From Endomicrobiales bacterium (GTDB taxonomy: Bacteria; Elusimicrobiota; Endomicrobiia; Endomicrobiales; JALOBY01), in assembly GCA_963796955.1 (NCBI GenBank), contig CAWCNJ010000004.1, forward strand, positions 320,001-384,000: 64,000 bases of DNA, read 5' to 3'. The notes below the pieces were generated by a model, which was not told where the DNA came from, ran no database searches, and saw only the letters and a program-made list of their open reading frames with translations. The position numbers were made by a program, and so were the translations under genes. Of this stretch, positions 9,686 to 18,191 are shown piece by piece. Positions within the stretch are counted from its first letter, which is position 1, and each line of letters begins with the position of its first letter.

Positions 9686-9811
9686 GTGCGAGTAATAGAA
9701 CTTTATCTCCATGGGGGAGATTTGCACCACCCAAAATACAAAAAACCCTCATGAAGTAAATTTTGCTGCCAAACTATACACGGCATAGGTGCGTTGGTAT
9801 GTAAATGGGTT

Positions 9812-9844
9812 TGGGCGTTAAGTTGGCAAATTGACTCGTCCCCT
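9812..9844. repeat. Junction motif copy A
   Basis: TGGGCGTTAAGTTGGCAAATTGACTCGTCCCCT, near-identical to 10370-10403. Confidence 0.85.
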
Positions 9845-9853
9845 ATACCACAC

Positions 9854-9878
9854 AACTGTTTCCAAAAAGGAAACAGTT
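9854..9878. other. Perfect 10-bp inverted repeat (hairpin)
   Basis: AACTGTTTCC-AAAAA-GGAAACAGTT. Confidence 0.7.
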
Positions 9879-10191
9879 CTAATGGGCTAACTGAAAAGTA
9901 GTGTTGATTGTGTGTGTCGTTTCATTTATGCCACTACCGTAACAGCCAACCTGTAATGAATTCTTACAAGTTCATAAAGAAGTCGTCGCACGCGCGGCAA
10001 CATGTTCCAAAATAGAACAAGTTCAAATCGAAGTGTCGCTCGAGTGCTGTGAACAAGAACTTCCTGAACTTTCAACTGCCGAGAAATCCTCGGTATTTCA
10101 AAACCGGTCGGTTACTCGTGAAATCAAATTTTACAATCTTGATAGCAATGTGCAAAATTTGCACAAACTGCCGATACCAGGGGTTTTCAAT

Positions 10192-10362
10192 ATGCACAAA
10201 CACAGGGGTTTTGATATGACGTATTTCATGGGTTTCATAGGCGCGGCCATTTACCTTATCCAACATTCAAAAGGCTTCTGGCCAGCAGTCGTAGCAATCC
10301 TCAAAGCCATAGTCTGGCCGCTGATCCTAACCTATAAAGCCTTTGGCATGATGGGTATGTAG
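10192..10362 (+). CDS. Small (56 aa) two-TM hypothetical membrane protein
   Basis: GFIGAAIYLIQ...FW...ILKAIVWP; a duplicate of its 3' end differs only at synonymous sites, supporting coding status. Confidence 0.7.
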   Translation: MHKHRGFDMTYFMGFIGAAIYLIQHSKGFWPAVVAILKAIVWPLILTYKAFGMMGM

Positions 10363-10369
10363 AGGGGGC

Positions 10370-10403
10370 TGGGCGTTAAGTTGTCAAATTGACTCCGTTC
10401 CCT
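10370..10403. repeat. Junction motif copy B
   Basis: TGGGCGTTAAGTTGTCAAATTGACTCCGTTCCCT with internal palindrome GTCAA-A-TTGAC. Confidence 0.85.
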
Positions 10404-10407
10404 TATC

Positions 10408-10464
10408 GCTATAGTCTGGCCGCTGATCCTGACCTACAAGGCATTTGGCATGATGGGGATGTAA
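10408..10464 (+). pseudogene. Orphan duplicate of the last 18 codons plus stop of the 10192-10362 gene
   Basis: Encodes AIVWPLILTYKAFGMMGM*, identical to 10306-10362, with 7 third-position differences. Confidence 0.9.
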
Positions 10465-10508
10465 AGATGCAACGCATCGGATGTGAGTAAAATTATTGGG
10501 AGGAGAAT

Positions 10509-11141
10509 ATGGCAACATTGCCGTACATTACAGCTCCAGGGAACATTGAAAAAGCGCTTCATGGTATTAAAACTGCTGCTACGCCTGAACGTGTTAGCCA
10601 GGATTTTGTGAAAACGATACTTCAAATTCATGGGGGGTCGGGTGACCAGGTGACATCCTACCTGAAGAAGATTGGTTTTACAAACCAAGATGGAAGTCCA
10701 TCTGATGTTTATAAAAAATTCCGTAATCCTGCAAGTAGTGGAGCTGCTGCTTCTGAGGCCTTAAGGATAGGGTACTCATCTTTGTACAGACGTAATGAGT
10801 ATATGCATCAGCTTTCTGACGAGAAATTGAAAGGGCTAATTATAGAGGAAACTGGTCAAGGTAAAGATTCAAGCGTAGTTGGACTTGTGCTTGCTTGTAT
10901 CAAAGCAATTAAAAAGAACGCTGATTGGACACAGCCAATCAAAGGTCAGGATGAAATAAATCAACCTCTTGGTGACAAACAACTCACCAGTCAAGATATT
11001 CCCCAGCCGCCTCCACACCCTACAGGAGATTTAGGATTGAATTTGTCCTACACGATAAATCTTAACTTGCCCGCTACGTCAGATATTGCGGTTTTCAATG
11101 CAATTTTTAAAAGTCTGAAAGATAATTTACTTAGGAAATAA
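10509..11141 (+). CDS. DUF5343-like protein
   Basis: N-terminal LPY...IKTAATPERVSQDF...LKKIGF and C-terminal LSYTINLNLPATSDIAVFNAIFKSL; GGAGGAG RBS. Confidence 0.7.
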   Translation: MATLPYITAPGNIEKALHGIKTAATPERVSQDFVKTILQIHGGSGDQVTSYLKKIGFTNQDGSPSDVYKKFRNPASSGAAASEALRIGYSSLYRRNEYMHQLSDEKLKGLIIEETGQGKDSSVVGLVLACIKAIKKNADWTQPIKGQDEINQPLGDKQLTSQDIPQPPPHPTGDLGLNLSYTINLNLPATSDIAVFNAIFKSLKDNLLRK

Positions 11142-11142
11142 A

Positions 11143-11733
11143 ATGACAAACACAGACGACTTCGTTCGGTCTTTTGGTATGTCGGGATTTATAATTACCA
11201 CCGAAATTAAATGTTTAGAAAAACAACTCAATATTGAACTTGGCCACACGCCGGGAACGGTTTCTCAAGACCCCCTTGAATATTATCCGCAATTCGAGCG
11301 TAGTGTTCGAAAAGAGGCTTGTGATATGGCACGTCACTACGAACTCTTTTACTGTCTCGAACAGGCGATCCGCAAACTAATTTCTGAGACGCTTGACGAG
11401 GAAAGTAAGGGCGCTGATTGGTGGGTAACTGGAAAAATACCTCCAGATATTGTGAGAGAAGTAAAAGGTCGAATCCAGAAAGAGACCGATGGCGGAGTTA
11501 CAAGACGTTCAGAAGCATTAATCGACTATACTACATTTGGTGAACTGTCAATTATAATCACATCAAACTGGAATTTGTTTGGTACTATTTTCACGAGTCG
11601 ACGTGCTGTTGAAAAGGTGATGAACAGTCTTAATATACTACGTTCGCCGATTGCGCACTGTTGCCCTTTATCTGAAGATGAAGCTGATAGACTCCATCTA
11701 ACCGTAAAGGACTGGTTTCGGATAATAGGATAA
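11143..11733 (+). CDS. Swt1-like HEPN domain protein (putative RNase effector)
   Basis: LEQAIRKLI, WW, YTTFGELSII and intact HEPN RxxxxH motif (RSPIAH). Confidence 0.8.
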   Translation: MTNTDDFVRSFGMSGFIITTEIKCLEKQLNIELGHTPGTVSQDPLEYYPQFERSVRKEACDMARHYELFYCLEQAIRKLISETLDEESKGADWWVTGKIPPDIVREVKGRIQKETDGGVTRRSEALIDYTTFGELSIIITSNWNLFGTIFTSRRAVEKVMNSLNILRSPIAHCCPLSEDEADRLHLTVKDWFRIIG

Positions 11734-11810
11734 ATTCCCTTAGGGGATAACGGGCTGGGGTCAGACCTCAACTATTGACAGAGACTGACAATCTAAGACA
11801 TTCTAGATGT

Positions 11811-12437
11811 ATGACTTATCAAAAGAGGCATCCAATAATTTATCCGACATTTCATCATTACAGGTTCTGCATCAAAAAGAAAAGATGTGTCCCGGTTGAG
11901 AAAATTGAAAACCGGAACAGTGTTGAAGTTGTTTCTTTCCAAAATCCTGTAACTAATCAAAGGCCCAAAATTTACATTGTAAAACATAAATATCAGATCG
12001 TGTATGTTGGCATCACATCGCAAAGCGTGATCAATAGACTGCGCTACGGGCTAATCGCTGATGGCAAAAACGGGTATCACGGCTATCATTGGAAAACTCT
12101 TAAGGGCAAGTTCGATCTGTTGGTCTGGTGCTTCAAAAAAAATGAGAAGGAACTGGTTGAGGCGATAGAAGCTGAAATTGTATATTTGGTACGGAAGAAT
12201 ACAGACAGGTGGCCTGAGCATCAAACTGAGATACACTTCACTAACAATTACAAACAAGCGTCGTTTGTCGCAAAAAACATATACTCCATTGCCCAGAAAA
12301 AGCGCGTCGGGAAAATACGGGACGTCCTGGACTTGCCCCGGTTTAGTGGACACAGAAAAGGGTATAATATGAAGACCCTGGAGGTGTCCGATGCAAAAGA
12401 GAGACCGGATGCGTTACAATCGGGAGTTCAAGCTTGA
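11811..12437 (+). CDS. GIY-YIG-like nuclease; 3' end extended by read-through into the IS3 element (start uncertain)
   Basis: IYIV...VYVGITSQSVINRL motif and later EAIEAE; removing the IS restores ...RDVLN* just after the insertion point. Confidence 0.6.
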   Translation: MTYQKRHPIIYPTFHHYRFCIKKKRCVPVEKIENRNSVEVVSFQNPVTNQRPKIYIVKHKYQIVYVGITSQSVINRLRYGLIADGKNGYHGYHWKTLKGKFDLLVWCFKKNEKELVEAIEAEIVYLVRKNTDRWPEHQTEIHFTNNYKQASFVAKNIYSIAQKKRVGKIRDVLDLPRFSGHRKGYNMKTLEVSDAKERPDALQSGVQA

Positions 12438-12729
12438 AGCAGTTCGCCGGACGCAGGTAAGCGGCAAAAGTGTTGCCGAAGTAGCCCGCGAGCTTGAGTT
12501 GCCCGTACATCATCTTTACAAGTGGCGAACCGAGGTTGATAAAAAAACCACTGAAGCATTTCCCGGTGTTGGCCACAACACCCCCAACACAGAGCTAGAA
12601 GATCTTCGCCGAGAGAACAAACGCTTGCGCGAAGAGCGGGACGTTTTAAAAAAAAGCCTAATTTACTTTGCCAAGGACGCATTGAACGATTCCGGTTCAT
12701 CAGGGAACACGAACGGGACTTCAGAATAG
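12391..12729 (+). CDS. IS3 OrfA (HTH); A-run slippery site at 12648-12656 for the -1 frameshift to OrfB
   Basis: YNREFKLEAV...VAEVAREL; TTTTAAAAAAAAG; OrfB lies in the -1 frame and is open from the slip site. Confidence 0.92.
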   Translation: MQKRDRMRYNREFKLEAVRRTQVSGKSVAEVARELELPVHHLYKWRTEVDKKTTEAFPGVGHNTPNTELEDLRRENKRLREERDVLKKSLIYFAKDALNDSGSSGNTNGTSE

Positions 12730-12734
12730 CAACA

Positions 12735-13562
12735 ATGTGCGATGTTCTGTCGGTTTCCAGATCCGGATATTATGCATGGAAATCGCGCGGTCAAAGCAAG
12801 CATAGCCGGACAGACACCGTATTACTGAGCAAAATTCGGGGCATTTATGATAAAAACCGGAAAGTATACGGAGCTCCCCGAATTCATGAAGCGCTGAAGT
12901 CCGAAGGTTTAAAGCTGGGACGAAAGCGCGTAGCAAGACTGATGAGAAAGAACGGTATCGTTGCAGCGCCACATCGCCGTATGCGATGGAAACGAGTGTT
13001 TAAGACAGCTATAGCAGCTGACAACCTGGTGCAACAACAGTTCAATGTTCCTGAACCAAACCGGGTCTGGGTCGCAGACATGACGACGTTCTGGACAGGT
13101 TCCGGATGGGTTCATCTGGCGGTTGTGCTAGACCTTTATTCGCGCAGGGTCGTTGGTTGGGCCATTCACGGCCAGATGACGGAGCGCCTTATAGTGAATG
13201 CCCTGGAAATGGCCATTGAGAGTCGCAGACCGACGGGGCCGTTGATTCATCACTCGGACCAGGGTAGCCAGTATAAGAGCTATGCGTTTCAGGCTAGATT
13301 AAAAGAGCATAACATTCAGATGAGCATGAGCCGCAAAGGAAATTGCTGGGACAACGCTGTTGCAGAGAGCTTCTTCAAGACATTGAAGTACGAATTACAA
13401 AACGACGCCAGATTCAATTCTCGCGAAGAAGCGAGAGCACAGTTGTTTGAGTACATCGAAATATTTTATAATCGCAAGAGAATGCACTCAACGTTGGGGT
13501 ATCTTAGCCCCACACAGTTCGAGGCAAAATTACCCGCTCTTGTGTCCACAAAAACGGGTTAA
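12735..13562 (+). CDS. IS3 OrfB DDE transposase/integrase core
   Basis: WVADMT, HHSDQGSQY, DNAVAESFFKTLK. Confidence 0.95.
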   Translation: MCDVLSVSRSGYYAWKSRGQSKHSRTDTVLLSKIRGIYDKNRKVYGAPRIHEALKSEGLKLGRKRVARLMRKNGIVAAPHRRMRWKRVFKTAIAADNLVQQQFNVPEPNRVWVADMTTFWTGSGWVHLAVVLDLYSRRVVGWAIHGQMTERLIVNALEMAIESRRPTGPLIHHSDQGSQYKSYAFQARLKEHNIQMSMSRKGNCWDNAVAESFFKTLKYELQNDARFNSREEARAQLFEYIEIFYNRKRMHSTLGYLSPTQFEAKLPALVSTKTG

Positions 13563-13636
13563 GTCCATCCTTAACTAATGATCTATTGCCTGGGCGGGAT
13601 GTAGACAAATCGATAGCCGCAAACACAATAATTGAT

Positions 13637-14719
13637 ATGAACCTTTCAGGGATTTCTAAAAGTAGGATCATAAACCAACAGCTCTCGGGGACTAAAATTA
13701 AGACCGTGAAGGGGATTGTTGGTTGGATGGGCGCGATGCAGGCGCAGGATCTTGAGATGGCTAAATGGGCTGTTGGCGTACGGCTGCCGGGCTCTACTGC
13801 CGCGATGGTGCAAACCGCGCTGGACAATGCCGAGATCATTCGGACTCATTTGTTAAGGCCTACCTGGCACCTTGTTTCGGCGGACGACATTTACTGGTTG
13901 CTTGCTTTGACCGCGCCGCGCGTAAAGGCAAAGATACGCTCACGGCACGCCACCCTGGGGCTCTCGGAAACCGTTATCCAGAAAAGTAACGCGGTTATTG
14001 AGAATGCCCTGCGAGGCGGGAATCACTTAACGCGGGAGCAATTAGACGCCGTGCTCGAGAAAGCGAACATATCTACCGGTGAGTACCGGGACTGGCATTT
14101 TTTTCTCCGGGCGGAGCTGGACGGCATTATGTGCAGCGGCGCGTCGGTGAACGGCAAACAGACTTTCGAGCTGCTGGAGGAGCGGGTTCCAAAGACCAAG
14201 CCTCTCAGCCGGGAAGAATCTATCGCAAAGCTTGCGAAAATATATTTTACCAGCCACGGGCCTGCTACGGTGCAGGATTTTACCTGGTGGTCGGGTTTAC
14301 CGGTAAGCGATGTAAAGAGCGTGTTGGAAATGCCCGGGGCCGGGTTCGTGCCGGAAACGGTCGGCGCGCAAAAGTACTGGCACACCGGCGCCAGTACCCG
14401 TTCTTCAAGACTCAGCACGTCGGTTTACCTTCTACCGGCATTTGACGAGTTTTTTATCAGTTACGCGGACCGGAGCGCGTTATTAGTTTCCGATGTGAGA
14501 CGAAAGCTTATATCCAGCAACGGAATATTTCGGCCTATTGTACTTTTCAACGGGCAGGCCGTTGGCAAATGGAAACGGACGATAGTAAAAGATACAGTGA
14601 CCTTAGAAGTAGAATATCTCAAAAACGACGTGAAAATACCCGCAAGCCTGATCAAAGAATCAGTCGCGCGTTTTGGCGATTTTTTGAATAAAAAAATTGA
14701 GTTTATAGTGAGAAACTGA
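13637..14719 (+). CDS. AlkZ/YcaQ-family winged-helix DNA glycosylase
   Basis: AMQAQD (QxQ motif), LLRPTWHLV, HGPATVQDFTWWSGL, LLPAFDE. Confidence 0.85.
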   Translation: MNLSGISKSRIINQQLSGTKIKTVKGIVGWMGAMQAQDLEMAKWAVGVRLPGSTAAMVQTALDNAEIIRTHLLRPTWHLVSADDIYWLLALTAPRVKAKIRSRHATLGLSETVIQKSNAVIENALRGGNHLTREQLDAVLEKANISTGEYRDWHFFLRAELDGIMCSGASVNGKQTFELLEERVPKTKPLSREESIAKLAKIYFTSHGPATVQDFTWWSGLPVSDVKSVLEMPGAGFVPETVGAQKYWHTGASTRSSRLSTSVYLLPAFDEFFISYADRSALLVSDVRRKLISSNGIFRPIVLFNGQAVGKWKRTIVKDTVTLEVEYLKNDVKIPASLIKESVARFGDFLNKKIEFIVRN

Positions 14720-15460
14720 ATGACAAAACTTCGGCCTGCCGGCGGTTATCGTACCACTTGTAGTTTTCAGACCTCGACGCTGATATATGACGCTACTTTC
14801 TGGTTCTGCGGTAAATTCATTGACTCTCGTTCCCGACTTGTTGACCAGATGATACAGGCCGCCCGTTCGGGACGACAAAACATTGCTGAAGGCAGCCGTG
14901 CCTCCGCGGCTTCGTCGCAGACGGAGCTTCGGTTGTTGCACGTGGCTCGGGCAAGCCTCGAAGAATTGTTGCTGGACTATGAAGACTTTCTTCGCCAGCG
15001 TCGTATTTGCCAATGGAAAATGGAAAGCCCGGAAGCGTCTGCAGTCCGCCAGGTACCATCGAAGTTTAAAAAGGATCGGACGGATCAGTCGGATCTGACG
15101 GATTTGACCGATCAAGAACGCCACCGCCTTTACGCGCCTTGGCTTGAAAATGATGACCCTGCTGTTCGGGCAAATGCTATAATTTGTCTAATTCACCAGA
15201 CGAATTTTCTGCTTGACAGGCAGACAGCCGCGCTGGAAAAACGTTTTATTGAAGAGGGTGGCTACACCGAACAGCTTGCAACCGCCCGGATCGTCGAGCG
15301 CGAACGCCGGAAACAAACAACTCCGCACGAGAAAACGCCTGTATGCCCAAAGTGCAGCGCCGCTATGGTTGTGCGTACAACTAAGAGCGGTGCGAACACA
15401 GGTAAACAGTTCTGGGGCTGCATAAAATACCCTGGCTGTAGAGGGACTGTGGCGGTTTAA
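14720..15460 (+). CDS. Four-helix-bundle protein with suffix domain and topoisomerase-type C4 zinc finger
   Basis: DQMIQAARSGRQNIAEGS, ARASLEELLLDYEDFL, CPKC...FWGCIKYPGC. Confidence 0.88.
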   Translation: MTKLRPAGGYRTTCSFQTSTLIYDATFWFCGKFIDSRSRLVDQMIQAARSGRQNIAEGSRASAASSQTELRLLHVARASLEELLLDYEDFLRQRRICQWKMESPEASAVRQVPSKFKKDRTDQSDLTDLTDQERHRLYAPWLENDDPAVRANAIICLIHQTNFLLDRQTAALEKRFIEEGGYTEQLATARIVERERRKQTTPHEKTPVCPKCSAAMVVRTTKSGANTGKQFWGCIKYPGCRGTVAV

Positions 15461-15500
15461 ACCGCGGATGTTATTAATTAAGATCTAACAGGAGCTTACT

Positions 15501-15815
15501 ATGCGCTGGTATCACTACGTTTCTTACTTCTTTGGCGGGTTCATACTTGCTAACGCCTTGCCGCATTTGGGTACCGGGATATCGGGGCATGCGTTCCAGA
15601 GCCCGTTCGCGAACCCGCCGGGGCAGGGGTTGTCTTCGGCGCCTGTTAATGTTCTGTGGGGCTTGTTCAACCTTGCGCTTGGGTATGTGCTTGTTTTCAG
15701 GGTGGGCAGTTTCGAGTTGCGCAAGAACAGCCACATCCTTACCCTGGGGGCGGGGATTGTGTTGTCTTCATTGTTTCTCGCATACGCATTCGGGCGTTTC
15801 CACGGCGGTTTGTAA
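15501..15815 (+). CDS. Small hypothetical membrane protein
   Basis: ANALPH...FQSPFANPPG.GLSS..VNVLWG; about 3 TM segments; AGGAG RBS. Confidence 0.75.
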   Translation: MRWYHYVSYFFGGFILANALPHLGTGISGHAFQSPFANPPGQGLSSAPVNVLWGLFNLALGYVLVFRVGSFELRKNSHILTLGAGIVLSSLFLAYAFGRFHGGL

Positions 15816-15824
15816 ACCCGTATT

Positions 15825-16391
15825 TTATGGCACCAGCATCTCTTCGCGGAACAGCGATTTGCGGTTGAGTATCCTGCCTGAGGTTTGGAATATGCCGTCG
15901 CCGGTGTAGTGCAGTGTGTCAGGGTGGGCGGGGGTCGGGGCGGCGTGGGCTTTAACTACCTCGAAGATGAAGAAGTTGTATTTGTTCACCATTGAGTCGT
16001 CGTAGAGTTTGCATTCAAAGTTGGCGTGGCATTCGCGTATCAGCGGGGCTTCAACTTTAAGCGCCTCGCCGGGTGTCAGGCCGAATTCTTTGAACTTGTC
16101 TATTTCCGAACCGCTGGAATTCCCTATCTTAACTACCGTGTCTACCATGTCCGCGGTGGGCAGGTTGATAACGCATTCCCCGCTGTCGCGAACCAGATTA
16201 AACGTGTAATTGCTGCTGGCTATCACGCAGCCGACCAGCGCGGGTGTGAACTCCATAACGGTGTGCCACCCAAGCGTCATGATATCCCGCTTTTCCTCCC
16301 ACCGTGACGATATCAGCACAATGGGGCCCGGCTCCAGATACCTGCGGACCTTCTCAACGGGAAAATCTTTCTTAACGGCGTACTTTTTCAT
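15825..16391 (-). CDS. Flavin reductase-like (FMN-binding split barrel) protein
   Basis: PGPIVLIS, GECVINLP, DKFKEFGLT, APLIRECHANFEC; GGAGG RBS. Confidence 0.88.
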   Translation of the reverse strand: MKKYAVKKDFPVEKVRRYLEPGPIVLISSRWEEKRDIMTLGWHTVMEFTPALVGCVIASSNYTFNLVRDSGECVINLPTADMVDTVVKIGNSSGSEIDKFKEFGLTPGEALKVEAPLIRECHANFECKLYDDSMVNKYNFFIFEVVKAHAAPTPAHPDTLHYTGDGIFQTSGRILNRKSLFREEMLVP

Positions 16392-16598
16392 ATAACCTCC
16401 CTGATGGCGCGCCAACCCTTCAAAATTATGAAACTCTCAGTAATTTGGCCATTGACGCACTCCCACGGACGCTGACAGATCTCTCACCGGTTACTAAAGG
16501 TCGTTGCCGCGTTTGGGACAGTGCGCGCTGTTGACACCTGGTAAAGCGTTTGAGAAAATAGAGCGGTTTAGTGCACTTAACGTTTTGCAGGGGGTAAC

Positions 16599-16760
16599 AT
16601 GGATAAATACAAATGCAGGGTATGTCCCTATATTTACGATCCTTCGGTCGGCGACCCTGACGGGGGCATTGCCGCGGGGACAAAATTTGAAGATCTGCCG
16701 GATGATTGGGTTTGCCCGATCTGCGGTGTTAAGAAGGATATGTTCGATAAGATCCCGTGA
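16599..16760 (+). CDS. Rubredoxin (53 aa, absent from the ORF track)
   Basis: Manual translation [53 protein letters not shown]; two CxxC motifs. Confidence 0.95.
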   Translation: MDKYKCRVCPYIYDPSVGDPDGGIAAGTKFEDLPDDWVCPICGVKKDMFDKIP

Positions 16761-17263
16761 TATACACGATCGGGCACGGCACCCGGTCTATAGAATGTTT
16801 TATCGGGCTGCTGACATTGCATGGGATCAAGAAATTAGCGGATGTACGGACCATACCGGCTTCAAGACATAATCCCCAATTCGGCCAGGTCCCGTTAAAA
16901 GAAAGTTTACGGGAGGCCGCGATACGCTATGCGCATATTAAAGAACTCGGCGGCCTGCGGCATACGTCGAAAGATTCACCGAACACCGCCTGGCGTAACG
17001 CCTCATTCAGGGGATATGCCGACTATATGCAGACGGAGGGTTTCGCGGCCGGCCTTGCCAAACTGTTGCGGTTGGCCGCCGGTAAGAACACAGCCATTAT
17101 GTGCGCGGAAAGCGTGCCGTGGCGCTGCCACCGCTCCCTCATCGCGGACGCCTTGACCGTTCGCGGTGTGCAAGTGAAGCATATCATAAGCGAGACAAAC
17201 GTTTACGACCACAAATTAACGCCTTGGGCAAAGGTAAGCGGCTTGCTCATAACGTACCCTTAG
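16757..17263 (+). CDS. DUF488 family protein
   Basis: [34 protein letters not shown]. Confidence 0.88.
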   Translation: MIYTIGHGTRSIECFIGLLTLHGIKKLADVRTIPASRHNPQFGQVPLKESLREAAIRYAHIKELGGLRHTSKDSPNTAWRNASFRGYADYMQTEGFAAGLAKLLRLAAGKNTAIMCAESVPWRCHRSLIADALTVRGVQVKHIISETNVYDHKLTPWAKVSGLLITYP

Positions 17264-17347
17264 CCAGTAAAAAGTGGAAACCGGTCACCAATGCGACGGT
17301 CATATTCAGGTAAAATTAGTTTTTATTGCAAACGGGAGGAGTAACGT

Positions 17348-18190
17348 ATGGGACGCGCTATTTGGTCCGGGATGGTATCGTTCGGGCTGGTTAATATTCC
17401 TGTGAAGGTTCAGACGGCGGTAACGGCTGATACGATGTCTATGAATTATCTGCGTAAGGACGATCTGTGCCCGATCCAGTACAAGAAGGTTTGCCGCAGT
17501 ACCGGCGAGGAAGTTCCTTTTGAAGACATCGTGCGCGGCTACCAGTACCAGAAAGACGATTACGTGGTGCTTAAAGACGAGGATTTTCAGCAGGCGGCTT
17601 CAAAAAGAACCTATTCGATAGATATAGAACAATTTGTCGCTGAAAAGGAGATAGATTTTAAGTACGTGGAAAAACCGTATTTCCTGGAGCCGGAAAAGAA
17701 AGCGCACACGACCTACGCGCTGTTTCGCACCGCGCTGGAGGAGTCGGGTTTGGTAGGCATCGGCAGGTTCGTTTTGAAGGACCGCGAGCATCTGGTGATG
17801 CTGAAAGCGGATCACGAAGTGATCATGCTTCATGTTATGCGGTTTCCGGCGACGCTGAAAAAAGCCTCTGAGCTGGAGCTGCCTAAAACCATGGAGATCC
17901 CGCGCAATCAGAAGGAATTGGCCCTGGAGCTGATAAACAAACTCAAAGGACATTTTAAGCCCGAACAATATAAAGATAATTATAACGAGCGTCTTAAGCA
18001 GATAATAGATTCCAAGAAGCAGGGTAAGCCCGTGCACGCTGCAAAAGAGGCGGCACCCCGTGAGACGGCGGCAGCAGACATCCTGGATAAACTTAAAAAA
18101 AGCCTGGAGCAGGTACATACGCCCGGGGACATACTAAGGAACGCGAGATCCGATAAGTCCCGGGGGCGTGCCTCGGCCGGGAAGAAGTAA
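17348..18190 (+). CDS. ku: Non-homologous end-joining protein Ku
   Basis: RAIWSG..SFGLVNIPVK N-terminus; basic C-terminal tail; adjacent to ligD. Confidence 0.95.
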   Translation: MGRAIWSGMVSFGLVNIPVKVQTAVTADTMSMNYLRKDDLCPIQYKKVCRSTGEEVPFEDIVRGYQYQKDDYVVLKDEDFQQAASKRTYSIDIEQFVAEKEIDFKYVEKPYFLEPEKKAHTTYALFRTALEESGLVGIGRFVLKDREHLVMLKADHEVIMLHVMRFPATLKKASELELPKTMEIPRNQKELALELINKLKGHFKPEQYKDNYNERLKQIIDSKKQGKPVHAAKEAAPRETAAADILDKLKKSLEQVHTPGDILRNARSDKSRGRASAGKK

Positions 18191-18191
18191 C

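Larger units (their letters stand above)
12328..13567 (+). mobile_element. IS3-family insertion sequence, 1240 bp, apparently intact
   Basis: TG...CA ends; imperfect IRs TGGACTTGCCCCGGTTTAGTGGACACA / TGTGTCCACAAAAACGGGTTAAGTCCA; 3-bp target duplication TCC (12325-12327, 13568-13570). Confidence 0.95.

Noticed and set aside
10033..10191. N-terminal extension of the small membrane protein
   Set aside because: No family-like features; the hydrophobic conserved part starts after ATG 10192.
9796..10403. Integron attC sites (GGGCGTTAAGT fits GTTRRRY)
   Set aside because: Most of the conservation lies downstream of GTT, no matching RYYYAAC arm or attC hairpin is seen, and there is no integron integrase in the window.
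9796..10464. CRISPR array from the repeated 33-bp motif
   Set aside because: Only two copies about 560 bp apart, and no cas genes.
14720..15460. Diversity-generating retroelement Avd or 23S rRNA intervening sequence
   Set aside because: No reverse transcriptase, template/variable repeat pair or rRNA context in the window.
16504..16872. 122-aa ORF from the track
   Set aside because: Out-of-frame overlap of the clear rubredoxin and DUF488 genes.
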